From: a virus
Length of the DNA stretch: 64,000 nucleotides
Reading direction: 5' to 3' (one strand)
Virus record (IMG/VR): IMGVR_UViG_3300023118_000001
Span: 23,407 to 87,406 of that record
Both the position numbers and the translations under genes were made by a program. The notes beneath the pieces were generated by a model. It saw nothing but the letters and a program-made list of their open reading frames with translations. It did not search any database and was not told where the DNA came from. Below, piece by piece: positions 26,363-35,457 of this stretch (position 1 is its first letter; each line of letters begins with the position of its first letter).

Positions 26363-29300
26363 ACTCCACCTCCTCTTCCCCGTCTTCATCCATCTCGACA
26401 TAACCCGCCTTGCGGATCGGATCGAACGGCTGCAGAAGGTCAACTTCCCAAATGCTGCGGGCTTCCTCAATGGAGCGAGCAACGAAGGCCTCGACGTTTT
26501 CACGGCTGATGTTACGACCCAGCTCGTGCACTCTACCCCAGTCCGGCCCAATGGAGAACTCCGGTACTTGGCGGACTTTGTGCCCTGGCGGGGTCGACTC
26601 TTCCATGAAGCGGCCGACCTCTTGGCAGTAGTCGTACACGTCGTCCTTGTGAACCCAGGCCACCACTTCGTCGTAGATCGGAGCAAAGAACACCATGTTC
26701 AGTCTGTCCATGATGCCGCTCTCGGCGATCCGGGTCAGCACGATGCGCAACATCTGCGCTGCAGTGCCCTGGATCGTCGCGTTGGTGCCCTGGCGGTGCT
26801 GACGGGCGACCTTGCCGCTGTCCTCGCTGAAGATGTCGTTGGTGGCGTGACGCTTGGTCCCGAAGGCTGTCAGCGTGAAGCCGTTCTTGGTCATGAATTC
26901 GCCGGTCTCGGCCTGCCACGGACGAATCCGGGTGTACAGGTCGAAGGTGCCATCGAGCAGCTTCTTGGCTTCTTCCACCGGCACGATCAGGTTGCGAGAC
27001 AGCGTGCCAGCGCCAGCGCCGTAGGCCATACCGAAGTTTACGGTCTTGGCCTTGCCGCGGATGGCGACGGTGATCTTGTTCAGCTTGTGGTCCGGGTCAT
27101 CCTTGGCCTCGACGAAGTCCTCATAGGACATTTTCGCGATGCCGGAGCCTGTCATGCTGTGCAAGTCTTTCTCGTTGGCCGGGTCGTAGACCGACATCAT
27201 CACCGGATCGTTGGCGAGGTTCGCCATCAGCCGGATCTCTTGCCCGTTGAAGTCGATCGCCACGCAGACGTGGTCCGGGGTTGGCGGAATGAAGATGGTC
27301 CGCATGACCTTGCCTTCGCCGCGCTTGGCCACCTGCAGGATGTTCATCGAGCTGCCAGTTGGCCGGGTGGTGTCGGTGCCTGCGTCGGTGATGATCGGGT
27401 GGACCTTGCCGTCGCGGTGACGCCACATCGGGTACTTGACGTGGTACAGGCTGCAGCGGGTGTTGGCCGACTTCACTCGACGAAGGATGGTCAGCGCATC
27501 ACGCTGCCAGCAGTCCTCTAGGACGTCGTTCGCCAGCGCCGTGAGGATAGCCTGCTCGTCGGTAGACGGGCCTGCTTCCTTGATGCCGACGGCCATCCGG
27601 CCCTTACCCACCTGCTTGCCGCGCAGCTTGACCGGGATACCGATCTTGCAATACAGCAGGTGCTGCATCTGCACCGGGCTGCCGACGTTCAGCGGGTCGC
27701 CAAACGCCACGATGCTCGGCTTGATGCCGGCCGTGCGCTGCACCAGGTTGCCGAACTGCTCGTACAGCATCTCGGCCATGTCCACCTTCTTCCAGTCCAG
27801 GTCGTCCTGTGAAGCCTCGGCCTTCTTGCGCAGATCGGTGATCTTCATCGCGCCGCCGGTGACCGCCGAAGACATGAGCTTGACGAATTCACGCTGTGCA
27901 TCATTGAGCGGCCATTCATCCTCGAAGCCCGCGCAGCCCGCCTCGTAGTACCACTCGCTGATCGCCTTCTGTGTCAGCTTCTCCAGAGGCGGCAGGCCCA
28001 GGGCTTCGATAGCCGGTGCCAGCTGCTTCTCGGTGAAAGCGAACGACGGCATGACCATCTCTTCTCGGTACGGGGTGTATTGGCAGGCTGCTTCCAGCTT
28101 CTTGCGCCACTCAGCGACCTTGGTGCCGGCCACTTCGGTGTCGCCGTCGGCCTTCTTCTTCGCCGAGCGGAAGATGTAATCCTTCTCGGCGTCGATCAGC
28201 GTCTTGCAGCCCGCGGTGATGTTGCCGGTGACGTTCTTCTCCAGGATGGCGCGAAGCTCCAGCATGCCCTCCTCGATGGTCTTCAGGTCCTGGGCATGAA
28301 TGCGCTTCTGCGCGGCCCAGTTCATGTCGACGCCGGCCACGTAGGCCCGCTGCAGCACCTCGGTAGGCTTCACAGCCCACCGCTGGTAGAAGTCCCACTG
28401 CCCGTCCAGCTTGAGCATCAGCTTCAGCAGGTCGTGCAGGTGACCGGTCACCAGGCTGTCGTCGGTGCCGTAGGTGAAGACTTCGTCAGCCGACAGCTCA
28501 CACATCATGCTGACGCCTTGGCCGTCGTTACCGGCTGCCAGGGTGTCCTGGAACGATGTCTGCTCATACGCCAGGTAGTTCAGGGAGATCGCCTTGAGGC
28601 CTGCCTCCATGTTCTCGTCGTAGAAGCGCTGCATCATCCGGGTGTCCTGGATGTCGGTCAGCCAGGTGTTCAGGTTGGTCTGCGTGACCACGCCTTCGAA
28701 CAAAGCGTTGTGCGCCACCCGCTGGGTGTGCTTGCCGGCGAACTCAAGGATCTCCAGCACCACTGCCTTGTCCACGTTGTGCGAGTCGCGGTGATCTACC
28801 GGGATGTAGATCACGTTTTCCAGGTGGCGGCCGAACTGGAACGAAGCGCCGGCCAGCTCCTGGCTGAGCATGTCGACGAAGGGGCCGGACTTGGCGATAC
28901 GGAAATCGCGGATCGGGTCCTTGTCGGAGGATTCATAGTCGAACGCGGTGAGGTCGCCGGCCTTGATCTCGGCGAAGATCGCCTCCTTCATGTCTTCCCA
29001 ATTGGTGGCGTCGACAATCATCGGCACCGGCATCAGGTGGCTGTACTCAGCGTCCCACATATCCTCGCAGCCGACTTCCTTCAGGCACTCGTACAGCAGC
29101 GCCGGGTTCGGTACGCGCTTGTGGACCTTGGGCTTGACCAGCTTGCGCAGCCGTGGCTTCCAGCACAGTTCAGGCTTCAGGTTGGCCAGGCGCCAGCCCA
29201 TCCGCCAGTCGCTGAACGCGTTGCGCAGCTTGATCAGATTCTTGTCGCCGGACGCTTCGATGGATTCGTCCAGCAGGTCAGTGTTACCGGTGTTGACTAT

Positions 29301-30002
29301 CGCAGCCAGCTCGTCCAGGCCGTCGATGCCGACCGCCGCTGCCAGCTTGTGGATGGCTGCCGGGCCCATGCCCTTGACGCCGGAGTAGTTGTCCGAGCTG
29401 TCGCCGATGATCGACTTGATGAAGCTGGTCAGCCGGTAGGGCAAGCCTGCCAGGTCGTGACCTTCAGGGTAGACGCCGTCTTCGCCGCGCGGGGCGTAGT
29501 GGGCCACGCCCTTGATATGGACGATGGTGTCTTCGTCCACCAGCACCAGCATGTCTTCGTCGACGGTGTGGATGTCCTTCGGACCCTTGACCATCTGGCA
29601 GATCCAGCCCATCAGGTCATCCGCTTCGACGCCGTCCACGAACATCTGTGTGGCGCCGATCGCGGAGAAAAACTTCTTCGCCCAAATCATCAGCTCTTTG
29701 TACTGAGCGATCTCGATAGGGCTTTTGTTCTTGTCGTCCTTGGACGCCTGGCCTTTGTACTCAGGGTAAATGCCCAGGCGGTAGGCCTTGCCAGCATCGT
29801 GGGCGACCAGCATTTCACGGGGAGAACCCCCACCCTCAAGGATGGGGCGAATGTAGCGGGTCAGAAAGTCCGCTGCACCGGCCTGCCAATCGGCAAACCG
29901 GCGATCGAGCTTCGCACAGTGCAGCGACTTGTCGCTGACACCGTAGTAGGCGTGCTTTACGCACGCCCTGAAGTCGATGATCTGAAGGGGTTGATCGGCC
30001 AT
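26343..30002 (-). CDS. polA: DNA polymerase I (family A) with 5'-3' and 3'-5' exonuclease domains
   Basis: YPEYK, EADD, GDSSDNYSG (5'-3' exo); FDYE, HNALFE (3'-5' exo); motif A DFNGQEIR, motif B KTVNFGMAYG, motif C IYDE. Confidence 0.95.
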   Translation of the reverse strand: MADQPLQIIDFRACVKHAYYGVSDKSLHCAKLDRRFADWQAGAADFLTRYIRPILEGGGSPREMLVAHDAGKAYRLGIYPEYKGQASKDDKNKSPIEIAQYKELMIWAKKFFSAIGATQMFVDGVEADDLMGWICQMVKGPKDIHTVDEDMLVLVDEDTIVHIKGVAHYAPRGEDGVYPEGHDLAGLPYRLTSFIKSIIGDSSDNYSGVKGMGPAAIHKLAAAVGIDGLDELAAIVNTGNTDLLDESIEASGDKNLIKLRNAFSDWRMGWRLANLKPELCWKPRLRKLVKPKVHKRVPNPALLYECLKEVGCEDMWDAEYSHLMPVPMIVDATNWEDMKEAIFAEIKAGDLTAFDYESSDKDPIRDFRIAKSGPFVDMLSQELAGASFQFGRHLENVIYIPVDHRDSHNVDKAVVLEILEFAGKHTQRVAHNALFEGVVTQTNLNTWLTDIQDTRMMQRFYDENMEAGLKAISLNYLAYEQTSFQDTLAAGNDGQGVSMMCELSADEVFTYGTDDSLVTGHLHDLLKLMLKLDGQWDFYQRWAVKPTEVLQRAYVAGVDMNWAAQKRIHAQDLKTIEEGMLELRAILEKNVTGNITAGCKTLIDAEKDYIFRSAKKKADGDTEVAGTKVAEWRKKLEAACQYTPYREEMVMPSFAFTEKQLAPAIEALGLPPLEKLTQKAISEWYYEAGCAGFEDEWPLNDAQREFVKLMSSAVTGGAMKITDLRKKAEASQDDLDWKKVDMAEMLYEQFGNLVQRTAGIKPSIVAFGDPLNVGSPVQMQHLLYCKIGIPVKLRGKQVGKGRMAVGIKEAGPSTDEQAILTALANDVLEDCWQRDALTILRRVKSANTRCSLYHVKYPMWRHRDGKVHPIITDAGTDTTRPTGSSMNILQVAKRGEGKVMRTIFIPPTPDHVCVAIDFNGQEIRLMANLANDPVMMSVYDPANEKDLHSMTGSGIAKMSYEDFVEAKDDPDHKLNKITVAIRGKAKTVNFGMAYGAGAGTLSRNLIVPVEEAKKLLDGTFDLYTRIRPWQAETGEFMTKNGFTLTAFGTKRHATNDIFSEDSGKVARQHRQGTNATIQGTAAQMLRIVLTRIAESGIMDRLNMVFFAPIYDEVVAWVHKDDVYDYCQEVGRFMEESTPPGHKVRQVPEFSIGPDWGRVHELGRNISRENVEAFVARSIEEARSIWEVDLLQPFDPIRKAGYVEMDEDGEEEVEFEVVAD

Positions 30003-30005
30003 TTA

Positions 30006-30281
30006 TTACTCCTGAATGTGGAGGGCGTGAACCACAATGCCCCCGCCGTGGAGGAGCACCGTGCCAAGGTTTTGGTAATACTTGTCAGCCTCCAGCTCCT
30101 CGCCGGTGACTGCGACGTAGATGTGCTCTTCGACCACCGCTTTGGTGTCGTCGACCTGGGTCCACAGCTGCAGGGGCTTGGCCTGTCCAGGCTGGTGTGC
30201 GACCTGGTAGTTGAATATCCCGCCAGGAACATGGATCACGTTCATGCCGACGTCCAGGCCGTACTTGAGCATTGCTTTCAT
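30006..30281 (-). CDS. hypothetical phage protein
   Basis: GGAGG RBS, compact operon spacing. Confidence 0.65.
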   Translation of the reverse strand: MKAMLKYGLDVGMNVIHVPGGIFNYQVAHQPGQAKPLQLWTQVDDTKAVVEEHIYVAVTGEELEADKYYQNLGTVLLHGGGIVVHALHIQE

Positions 30282-30283
30282 GG

Positions 30284-30892
30284 TTAAACCTCCGGGTAGC
30301 GTTCAAAGACCAGCTGCAGGCACTGGGCCTGGTAGCGGGCATCTTCCAAGGCATCGTGCAGCGTGCCCCGTTCCAACGGGAATTCGACCCCGCGTTTCTC
30401 AGCGAAGTCCACCATCGTGCGCTGATCACGGACATGATTGTAGCGGTAGGGCAGCGCGATGCCTTCGCGCTTGAACCCTTCTTCCAGCCACACGCTGTCA
30501 CGGTCACCGCGCACCCACAGTTCACCAGTGAAGTTCGAGGTGCGGCCGATTACCTTGGTGTCAGCCTGCAGCCACTGCCAGAAGGCTCGCAGCGCGTTAC
30601 CCAGGTTCAGCCCGCCACGACCTTCCAGCGCTCCCTCGCGGGCCACCTGGCCTTGTTCCAGCCACCAGTAGAAGGTGTCAGCGTCGATTGGCGCCTGGCC
30701 TTTGAGGTCGATGGTGACGTGGAACTCATGGCTGATGCTGTTGATCTTTTCATCGTTCATGATCATGCAGGAGTCGGTGGGTTTGAAACGCACCGCGCCG
30801 ATCGCGATGATCGGCGAGTTGGGTCCCATCCCGGCGGTCTCAAGGTCGACCGAGACGGGGAGTTCAGCTAGGTTTTCGAAGTACATGATCAC
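30284..30892 (-). CDS. 3'-5' exonuclease (DUF5051/RNase AS-like DEDDh)
   Basis: VDLET.G..P...IIAIGAV, T..WW..Q, RDQRT, HDALEDARYQA. Confidence 0.85.
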   Translation of the reverse strand: MIMYFENLAELPVSVDLETAGMGPNSPIIAIGAVRFKPTDSCMIMNDEKINSISHEFHVTIDLKGQAPIDADTFYWWLEQGQVAREGALEGRGGLNLGNALRAFWQWLQADTKVIGRTSNFTGELWVRGDRDSVWLEEGFKREGIALPYRYNHVRDQRTMVDFAEKRGVEFPLERGTLHDALEDARYQAQCLQLVFERYPEV

Positions 30893-31578
30893 ACCGCCGT
30901 GAGTGCTTTCCAGCTGTAAGGGAACAGGCGTTCCATGATGGGGCCGATGCCGGTGAACAGGTCATTGACCTCGCCTTGGGCATGGCTGTCGGTGCGCTTG
31001 ATCCAGGCCTGGGCGTAAGCATAGAGGCTGCCGGTCCAGTACCAGTTCACTTCGCAGCCCTGTGGGAGAACGAAGCGGGCCTGCTCTGGCGCCACGCCGT
31101 TTTCTACCATCCGCTCGTAAAAACTGATCATGCCTTCACAGGCCCGGATGTAGTCCTCTCGGATCAGATCGCTGCTAGGGTGAGGGCCGGCGCTGCCCTG
31201 CTTGACCTTGTCGCCATCCGGTGCCTGGCGGAACACATCCGGCACGAACAGCACCGGCCGGCCACTGATGTAGCGGCGGCTCTCTTCGTTCTCGACGAAG
31301 CCGACCTTGTGCTTGAAGCACTGGGTGCGGATCGGCACCGGCGCCGACATGCGCAGGGTGATCGAGGTGTGAGCGAAGGGGGTCCAGTGTTCGTGGGAGG
31401 CCAGGTACTGGATCAGTGCCTCGTGGCTGCGTACCTTCTGGCCAGTAGCCTTTTCGTGCTGCTCAGCTTCTGCCCGGGTAATGAAGTGGGAGACTTCAAC
31501 GTCGTTGGCGAAACTGACTTTGGCAGCCTTCACCACCGACAGGTCGTTGCCCATATGGTCTACGTACAGTGCGTGCAT
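30889..31578 (-). CDS. thyX: flavin-dependent thymidylate synthase
   Basis: HWTPF, KHKVG..NEESRRY, GVAPEQARFVLPQ, R...HAQ.E. Confidence 0.92.
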   Translation of the reverse strand: MHALYVDHMGNDLSVVKAAKVSFANDVEVSHFITRAEAEQHEKATGQKVRSHEALIQYLASHEHWTPFAHTSITLRMSAPVPIRTQCFKHKVGFVENEESRRYISGRPVLFVPDVFRQAPDGDKVKQGSAGPHPSSDLIREDYIRACEGMISFYERMVENGVAPEQARFVLPQGCEVNWYWTGSLYAYAQAWIKRTDSHAQGEVNDLFTGIGPIMERLFPYSWKALTAV

Positions 31579-31593
31579 CGTGTTGCTCCTTGA

Positions 31594-31618
31594 ATAAAGA
31601 ACCCCGCCTATGGCGGGG
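31594..31618 (-). terminator. Rho-independent terminator
   Basis: CCCCGCC-3nt-GGCGGGG stem followed by TTCTTTATT on - strand. Confidence 0.65.
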
Positions 31619-31636
31619 CACGGTGGCGCGGGGGTG

Positions 31637-31768
31637 TTACTCAGCAGGCCAGGCGCTGAACACCAACGTCAGAACGATGGCGACGTACATGGCCCACACC
31701 TGCTGGGTGTAGACGGAGTAGAGAAGGGATATGGACGCCAGCACTGCTGCGACCTTGATCACCTTCAT
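31637..31768 (-). CDS. 43-aa membrane peptide (absent from ORF track)
   Basis: MKVIKVAAVLASISLLYSVYTQQVWAMYVAIVLTLVFSAWPAE; ATG overlaps upstream TAA. Confidence 0.55.
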   Translation of the reverse strand: MKVIKVAAVLASISLLYSVYTQQVWAMYVAIVLTLVFSAWPAE

Positions 31769-32376
31769 TACTGGCCAGCAGGCTTGTCAGCGCGTTCCTG
31801 AGCAGCCTTGTCGCTGTAGCCGTTCTTGTAACGCTTGCCCAGCAGCTTGACCTTGTTGGCCAGCAGGGCTTCTTCCATGTGGGTTTCGATGCCGTTCAGC
31901 AGGCCCACGATGTAGAAGGTGGCATCGCCCGCTTCTTCGCGGATGTTCTCGCCGTCCAGCTGACCGCCGAGGATGTGCTTGACCACCGCTTCCAACATTT
32001 CGGCAGCTTCCCCTGCCAGGCCGATCGCCATGTGCAGCATGTGCAACTTGTCAGCATCGAGTTCGTCGAAGGCCTGGGCCAAGCCCTGGCTGCTTGGCAG
32101 CCGAGCGTAGACCACGTCCGGCACCGCCGAGGCAGGCTTGTTGTAGACGACCTGCTTCTTCAGCGCGTCCAGCTCGTTGCCCTTGTCGATGATCTTGCAG
32201 CTCAGCTGCAGGATGTGCAGGAAGCCGGAGAACTTCAGGGTTTCCTTGATGGCTTCACCCGGCTTGGCCAGGTTGGTGACCATCTGATCGAACGGGGTGT
32301 TGACGATGACCTCGCGGTGATCTGGTTCGAACTCGAGTAGCATCGGGGAATTCAGGTCGTTGTTAGGGAAGGTCAT
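31768..32376 (-). CDS. MazG-like NTP pyrophosphohydrolase
   Basis: HMAIGLAGEAAE..E..K, N.REEAGD..FY, N..KL..RY..GYS. Confidence 0.85.
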   Translation of the reverse strand: MTFPNNDLNSPMLLEFEPDHREVIVNTPFDQMVTNLAKPGEAIKETLKFSGFLHILQLSCKIIDKGNELDALKKQVVYNKPASAVPDVVYARLPSSQGLAQAFDELDADKLHMLHMAIGLAGEAAEMLEAVVKHILGGQLDGENIREEAGDATFYIVGLLNGIETHMEEALLANKVKLLGKRYKNGYSDKAAQERADKPAGQ

Positions 32377-32401
32377 GGGTAGTCCTTAGGAAATTTTGGG
32401 A

Positions 32402-32433
32402 ATAAAAAGCCCGGCAAGTTTCCCGGCCGGGCT
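32402..32433 (-). terminator. Rho-independent terminator
   Basis: AGCCCGGC/GCCGGGCT stem followed by TTTTTATT on - strand. Confidence 0.7.
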
Positions 32434-32451
32434 CACTGGCAGGCTGCGGTG

Positions 32452-33375
32452 TTACTCAGCCGCTGCCATAGCGTTTTGGTCACCGATGGCGGTGAAGTTC
32501 CAAGGGCGGAACGCCTTGTCACCAGTGCCAACTTTCTTGCCCACGGTGCAGCGGATAACCAGATCAGCCGGATCGCACTTGAACTTGCGCAGACCAACAA
32601 CCATGGCACCCGACAGACGCGCCTTCGAAGCCGGCGGAATGGACAGGGAAACAACGTGGTCGTTGTATTCGTCGTCGCGGTTCTTCAGCTGAGACATGGC
32701 TTCGATGTATTCCTTGATGTCCAGAGGTTCATCAGGAGTGCCGTAGCCATCTTCCAGCCACTTGTCCAAGGTTTCCTTGGAGCTGGTCTCGTCGGTGAAG
32801 AACGAGCCATCTTTGTGGTAGCTGTAGAACATCTCAGCCCCTTCACCAGCGTACTGGCGAACCACGTAGATGTTGCGGGTGTTCAGCACCACCAGGTCAA
32901 GGCTTTCGCCCAGCGAGATTTCTTCACTGCCCAGCTGGAACTTGGCTTCGTGCAGCTTTAGGCGGTCGAACGACATGCCGGTGACGGTCAGGCCTTCGTA
33001 GCCTTGGGCAGCCATGTCCTGGGTGAACTTCTCGGAAGCCGAGGCGTGACGCTCAGCGTTGGTCACAACGCCAGTGTTTTCAGACTTGACAGCCACTTCC
33101 TTGGCTTCTGGTTTCGCTTCAGGCTTGGCTTCGGTCTTGGCCTCGGCCTCGACTTCTGGCTCGACTTCAGGTTTGGCGTCTTCCTTCTCAGGCTTGACGT
33201 CGTTAACCAGTTCGCCCTGGGCCGGGGCATCGTCCTTGACGTCGTTGCTGGTATCCGGGGTAACTTCGGCGGCTGCCTTGGTTTCCACGTCCTTGACGGT
33301 TTCTTTTACCGCGTCGGCCGCTTTGGTTTCGGCGGTGTCTACAGGTGCTGCTGCGCGTTTAAGAGCCATGATCAT
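32452..33375 (-). CDS. hypothetical replication protein (possible ssDNA-binding protein) with low-complexity acidic N-terminus
   Basis: EAKP/EVEP repeats, beta-rich C-terminal domain, own upstream spacer and downstream terminator. Confidence 0.5.
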   Translation of the reverse strand: MIMALKRAAAPVDTAETKAADAVKETVKDVETKAAAEVTPDTSNDVKDDAPAQGELVNDVKPEKEDAKPEVEPEVEAEAKTEAKPEAKPEAKEVAVKSENTGVVTNAERHASASEKFTQDMAAQGYEGLTVTGMSFDRLKLHEAKFQLGSEEISLGESLDLVVLNTRNIYVVRQYAGEGAEMFYSYHKDGSFFTDETSSKETLDKWLEDGYGTPDEPLDIKEYIEAMSQLKNRDDEYNDHVVSLSIPPASKARLSGAMVVGLRKFKCDPADLVIRCTVGKKVGTGDKAFRPWNFTAIGDQNAMAAAE

Positions 33376-33496
33376 TATCTCTGTCAGTGTGGGGTATCAG
33401 TATGGTTTCAGTATCAGCTTCATCTTCATCTTCATCGGCAACTAGCGAGGAATCCACTAGCGCAGGCTGATTTATACAGAGCCTGCTAGCCCTCTG

Positions 33497-35230
33497 TCAA
33501 CCGAGCAGTTCGAAGAGCAGATCGTGCTTGTCCTTGATCGCTCGGTTATTGCTTTCTTCATTGGCCAACAGCGCCTTGAAGTTCTTATCCGACAGCGTGC
33601 CCCTCACTCGCATGAAGTACACGTTGACGATGTTCTGCTGCCCTTTACGGTCAGCCCTGGCGATGGCCTGCTTGGCAGCCTTCGGTGAGGTCGGGCATTC
33701 GTAAAAGATAATGTAGCCTGCCACCTGCAGGTTCAGCCCGGCGCCGCCGGACACCCATTGGATGACAATGGTGTCGCATTCATCGTCGTACAGGAACTTG
33801 TCGATCTGTGCCTGGCGATCCGGGATGCCGCCGTAGACGATCGCCACCTTGCGGTGAGCGAACTGCATGGCGAGCCCTTCAATGGCCTGGCGGTAGAACG
33901 CAAAGATGATCAGCTTGCGCTTGGGGCCCGGGTTGATGGAAGCCACCAGATCCCCGGTGGCCCTGGCCAGCTCGTCGCACTCCGTGAGGGTGGGGTCGAA
34001 CTTGCTCGGGCAGCTTATCAGCTGCAGGGCCAGGTGGCGCAGCGCTGAAGAGTTGTCCGGCGCCAGCACCAGGTCACCCAGCACGGCGAAGCGGTCGTTG
34101 ATCACCTGCCGGTACAGCTTCAGGTGGCGACCGGACAGCTTGACCGGCACCTCGCTGATGATTGGCTCCGGCATGCTGATAACGTCGCGCTTCTGCACCC
34201 GGTGGGCGTTCTTCCACAGCGACTCGTAGATCTTCTCGGTGTCGAAGTAGCCCACGATCTGCTTGATCTTCTTCGACTTCCCGTTGGGCAGCGGGATGCT
34301 GAACTCTTCCTGCTCACAGTGCTGCCGGATGAACGAGGCTTTGTTCAGGTAGGCGTCAGGGTTGATCAGCCGGATCAGGCCGTAGGCGTTGTGCAGCTTG
34401 GTGGGGATGGGGGTGCCGGTGAGGATGTACAGGGCGATGTCACCCTTCATCCGCATCGACATCTCGGCCACCGACTCCGACAGGATTGACTCCATCCCAC
34501 ACAGCGCGTCACCCTCGTCGAAGAACAGGACGTTGTAGCCCTGCTCCTTGAGCAACAGCTGCTTGGGGTTCTTCGCCTTGCCGGCCTTGTTGATCTGCCG
34601 GCCGTCGCGGGTGTAGGGCTGAGCATCCGGCCAGCGCGGGTCGCCCTTCTTGCGGCCGGGCTTATCAGGCTCGCCATTCTCACCAGGGATATCAGGCTCG
34701 TCCGCCTCCAGATGAAAGCTGGTTGCGAACTCTAATTCGTTACCTAAGTTGTTGGTATCCCTGATTTTCCAGTGATTATTCCCGATCTTTTTCATCGGGT
34801 GTTTGTCGTTGTACAGGCGGTAGATGTCGTAGGACAGGACCAAGATGTCTGGCCAGCCCTCGACGTCCCACACCTGCTCCTTTTTCTTCTTCTGCGTGGC
34901 GGTACAGTCCAGGTGGTCGATCTTCAGCCGCTTCCCGATGCCGGGGAAGAACAGTTCGAACTCGGCCATGAACTGCGGGATCAAGCCAGGCAGCGTGGTG
35001 AAGACGACACGGTTGCCCATGGCAGCCATGAAGATGGCGTGGACCTGAGCGGGGTACGTCTTGCCTGCCCCGGGCTCAGAAAAATCCCCGTAACGATCGT
35101 TCCAGGGATATTTTTTGATCATGTCGAGTTGATGATTCATCGGCCAGAACGGCAAGGGGATCTGGCTGAACCAGTCGGGGTGGTTGCCCACCCCGACTGC
35201 GACCATCAAGTCATGGAGACTTGACTGCAT
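33497..35230 (-). CDS. SNF2-like (SF2) helicase
   Basis: EPGAGKT, FDEGD, LTGTP, GGAGLNLQ, QAIARADRKGQ. Confidence 0.9.
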   Translation of the reverse strand: MQSSLHDLMVAVGVGNHPDWFSQIPLPFWPMNHQLDMIKKYPWNDRYGDFSEPGAGKTYPAQVHAIFMAAMGNRVVFTTLPGLIPQFMAEFELFFPGIGKRLKIDHLDCTATQKKKKEQVWDVEGWPDILVLSYDIYRLYNDKHPMKKIGNNHWKIRDTNNLGNELEFATSFHLEADEPDIPGENGEPDKPGRKKGDPRWPDAQPYTRDGRQINKAGKAKNPKQLLLKEQGYNVLFFDEGDALCGMESILSESVAEMSMRMKGDIALYILTGTPIPTKLHNAYGLIRLINPDAYLNKASFIRQHCEQEEFSIPLPNGKSKKIKQIVGYFDTEKIYESLWKNAHRVQKRDVISMPEPIISEVPVKLSGRHLKLYRQVINDRFAVLGDLVLAPDNSSALRHLALQLISCPSKFDPTLTECDELARATGDLVASINPGPKRKLIIFAFYRQAIEGLAMQFAHRKVAIVYGGIPDRQAQIDKFLYDDECDTIVIQWVSGGAGLNLQVAGYIIFYECPTSPKAAKQAIARADRKGQQNIVNVYFMRVRGTLSDKNFKALLANEESNNRAIKDKHDLLFELLG

Positions 35231-35457
35231 CAGGTGACCCTCTGCGCTCGGCTGCGCTGAATCTTTTCATGGTCATCCCGGCAATCCACGTCGCAGAAGC
35301 GAAGCTGATCAGCCAGGGGTTCGTGACAGTTGTGGCAGTGGCCGATGTAGGCCAGCTGCACCAGTGGTTTCTTTCGTGCCTGGCGTAGCTGCTCCTGCAG
35401 AATGATCTCCTGCTCCAGCACCGCCCGGTCGACCGGGTCTGCGATATTTTCCATCAT
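35230..35457 (-). CDS. TraR/DksA-like C4 zinc-finger protein
   Basis: N-terminal DPVDRA (DxxDxA) and CHNC...CDVDC. Confidence 0.75.
   Translation of the reverse strand: MMENIADPVDRAVLEQEIILQEQLRQARKKPLVQLAYIGHCHNCHEPLADQLRFCDVDCRDDHEKIQRSRAQRVT

Noticed and set aside
26343-30002. Intein or intron explaining the long polymerase
   Set aside because: No C...HN splice junctions or LAGLIDADG/HNH motifs seen; frame is continuous
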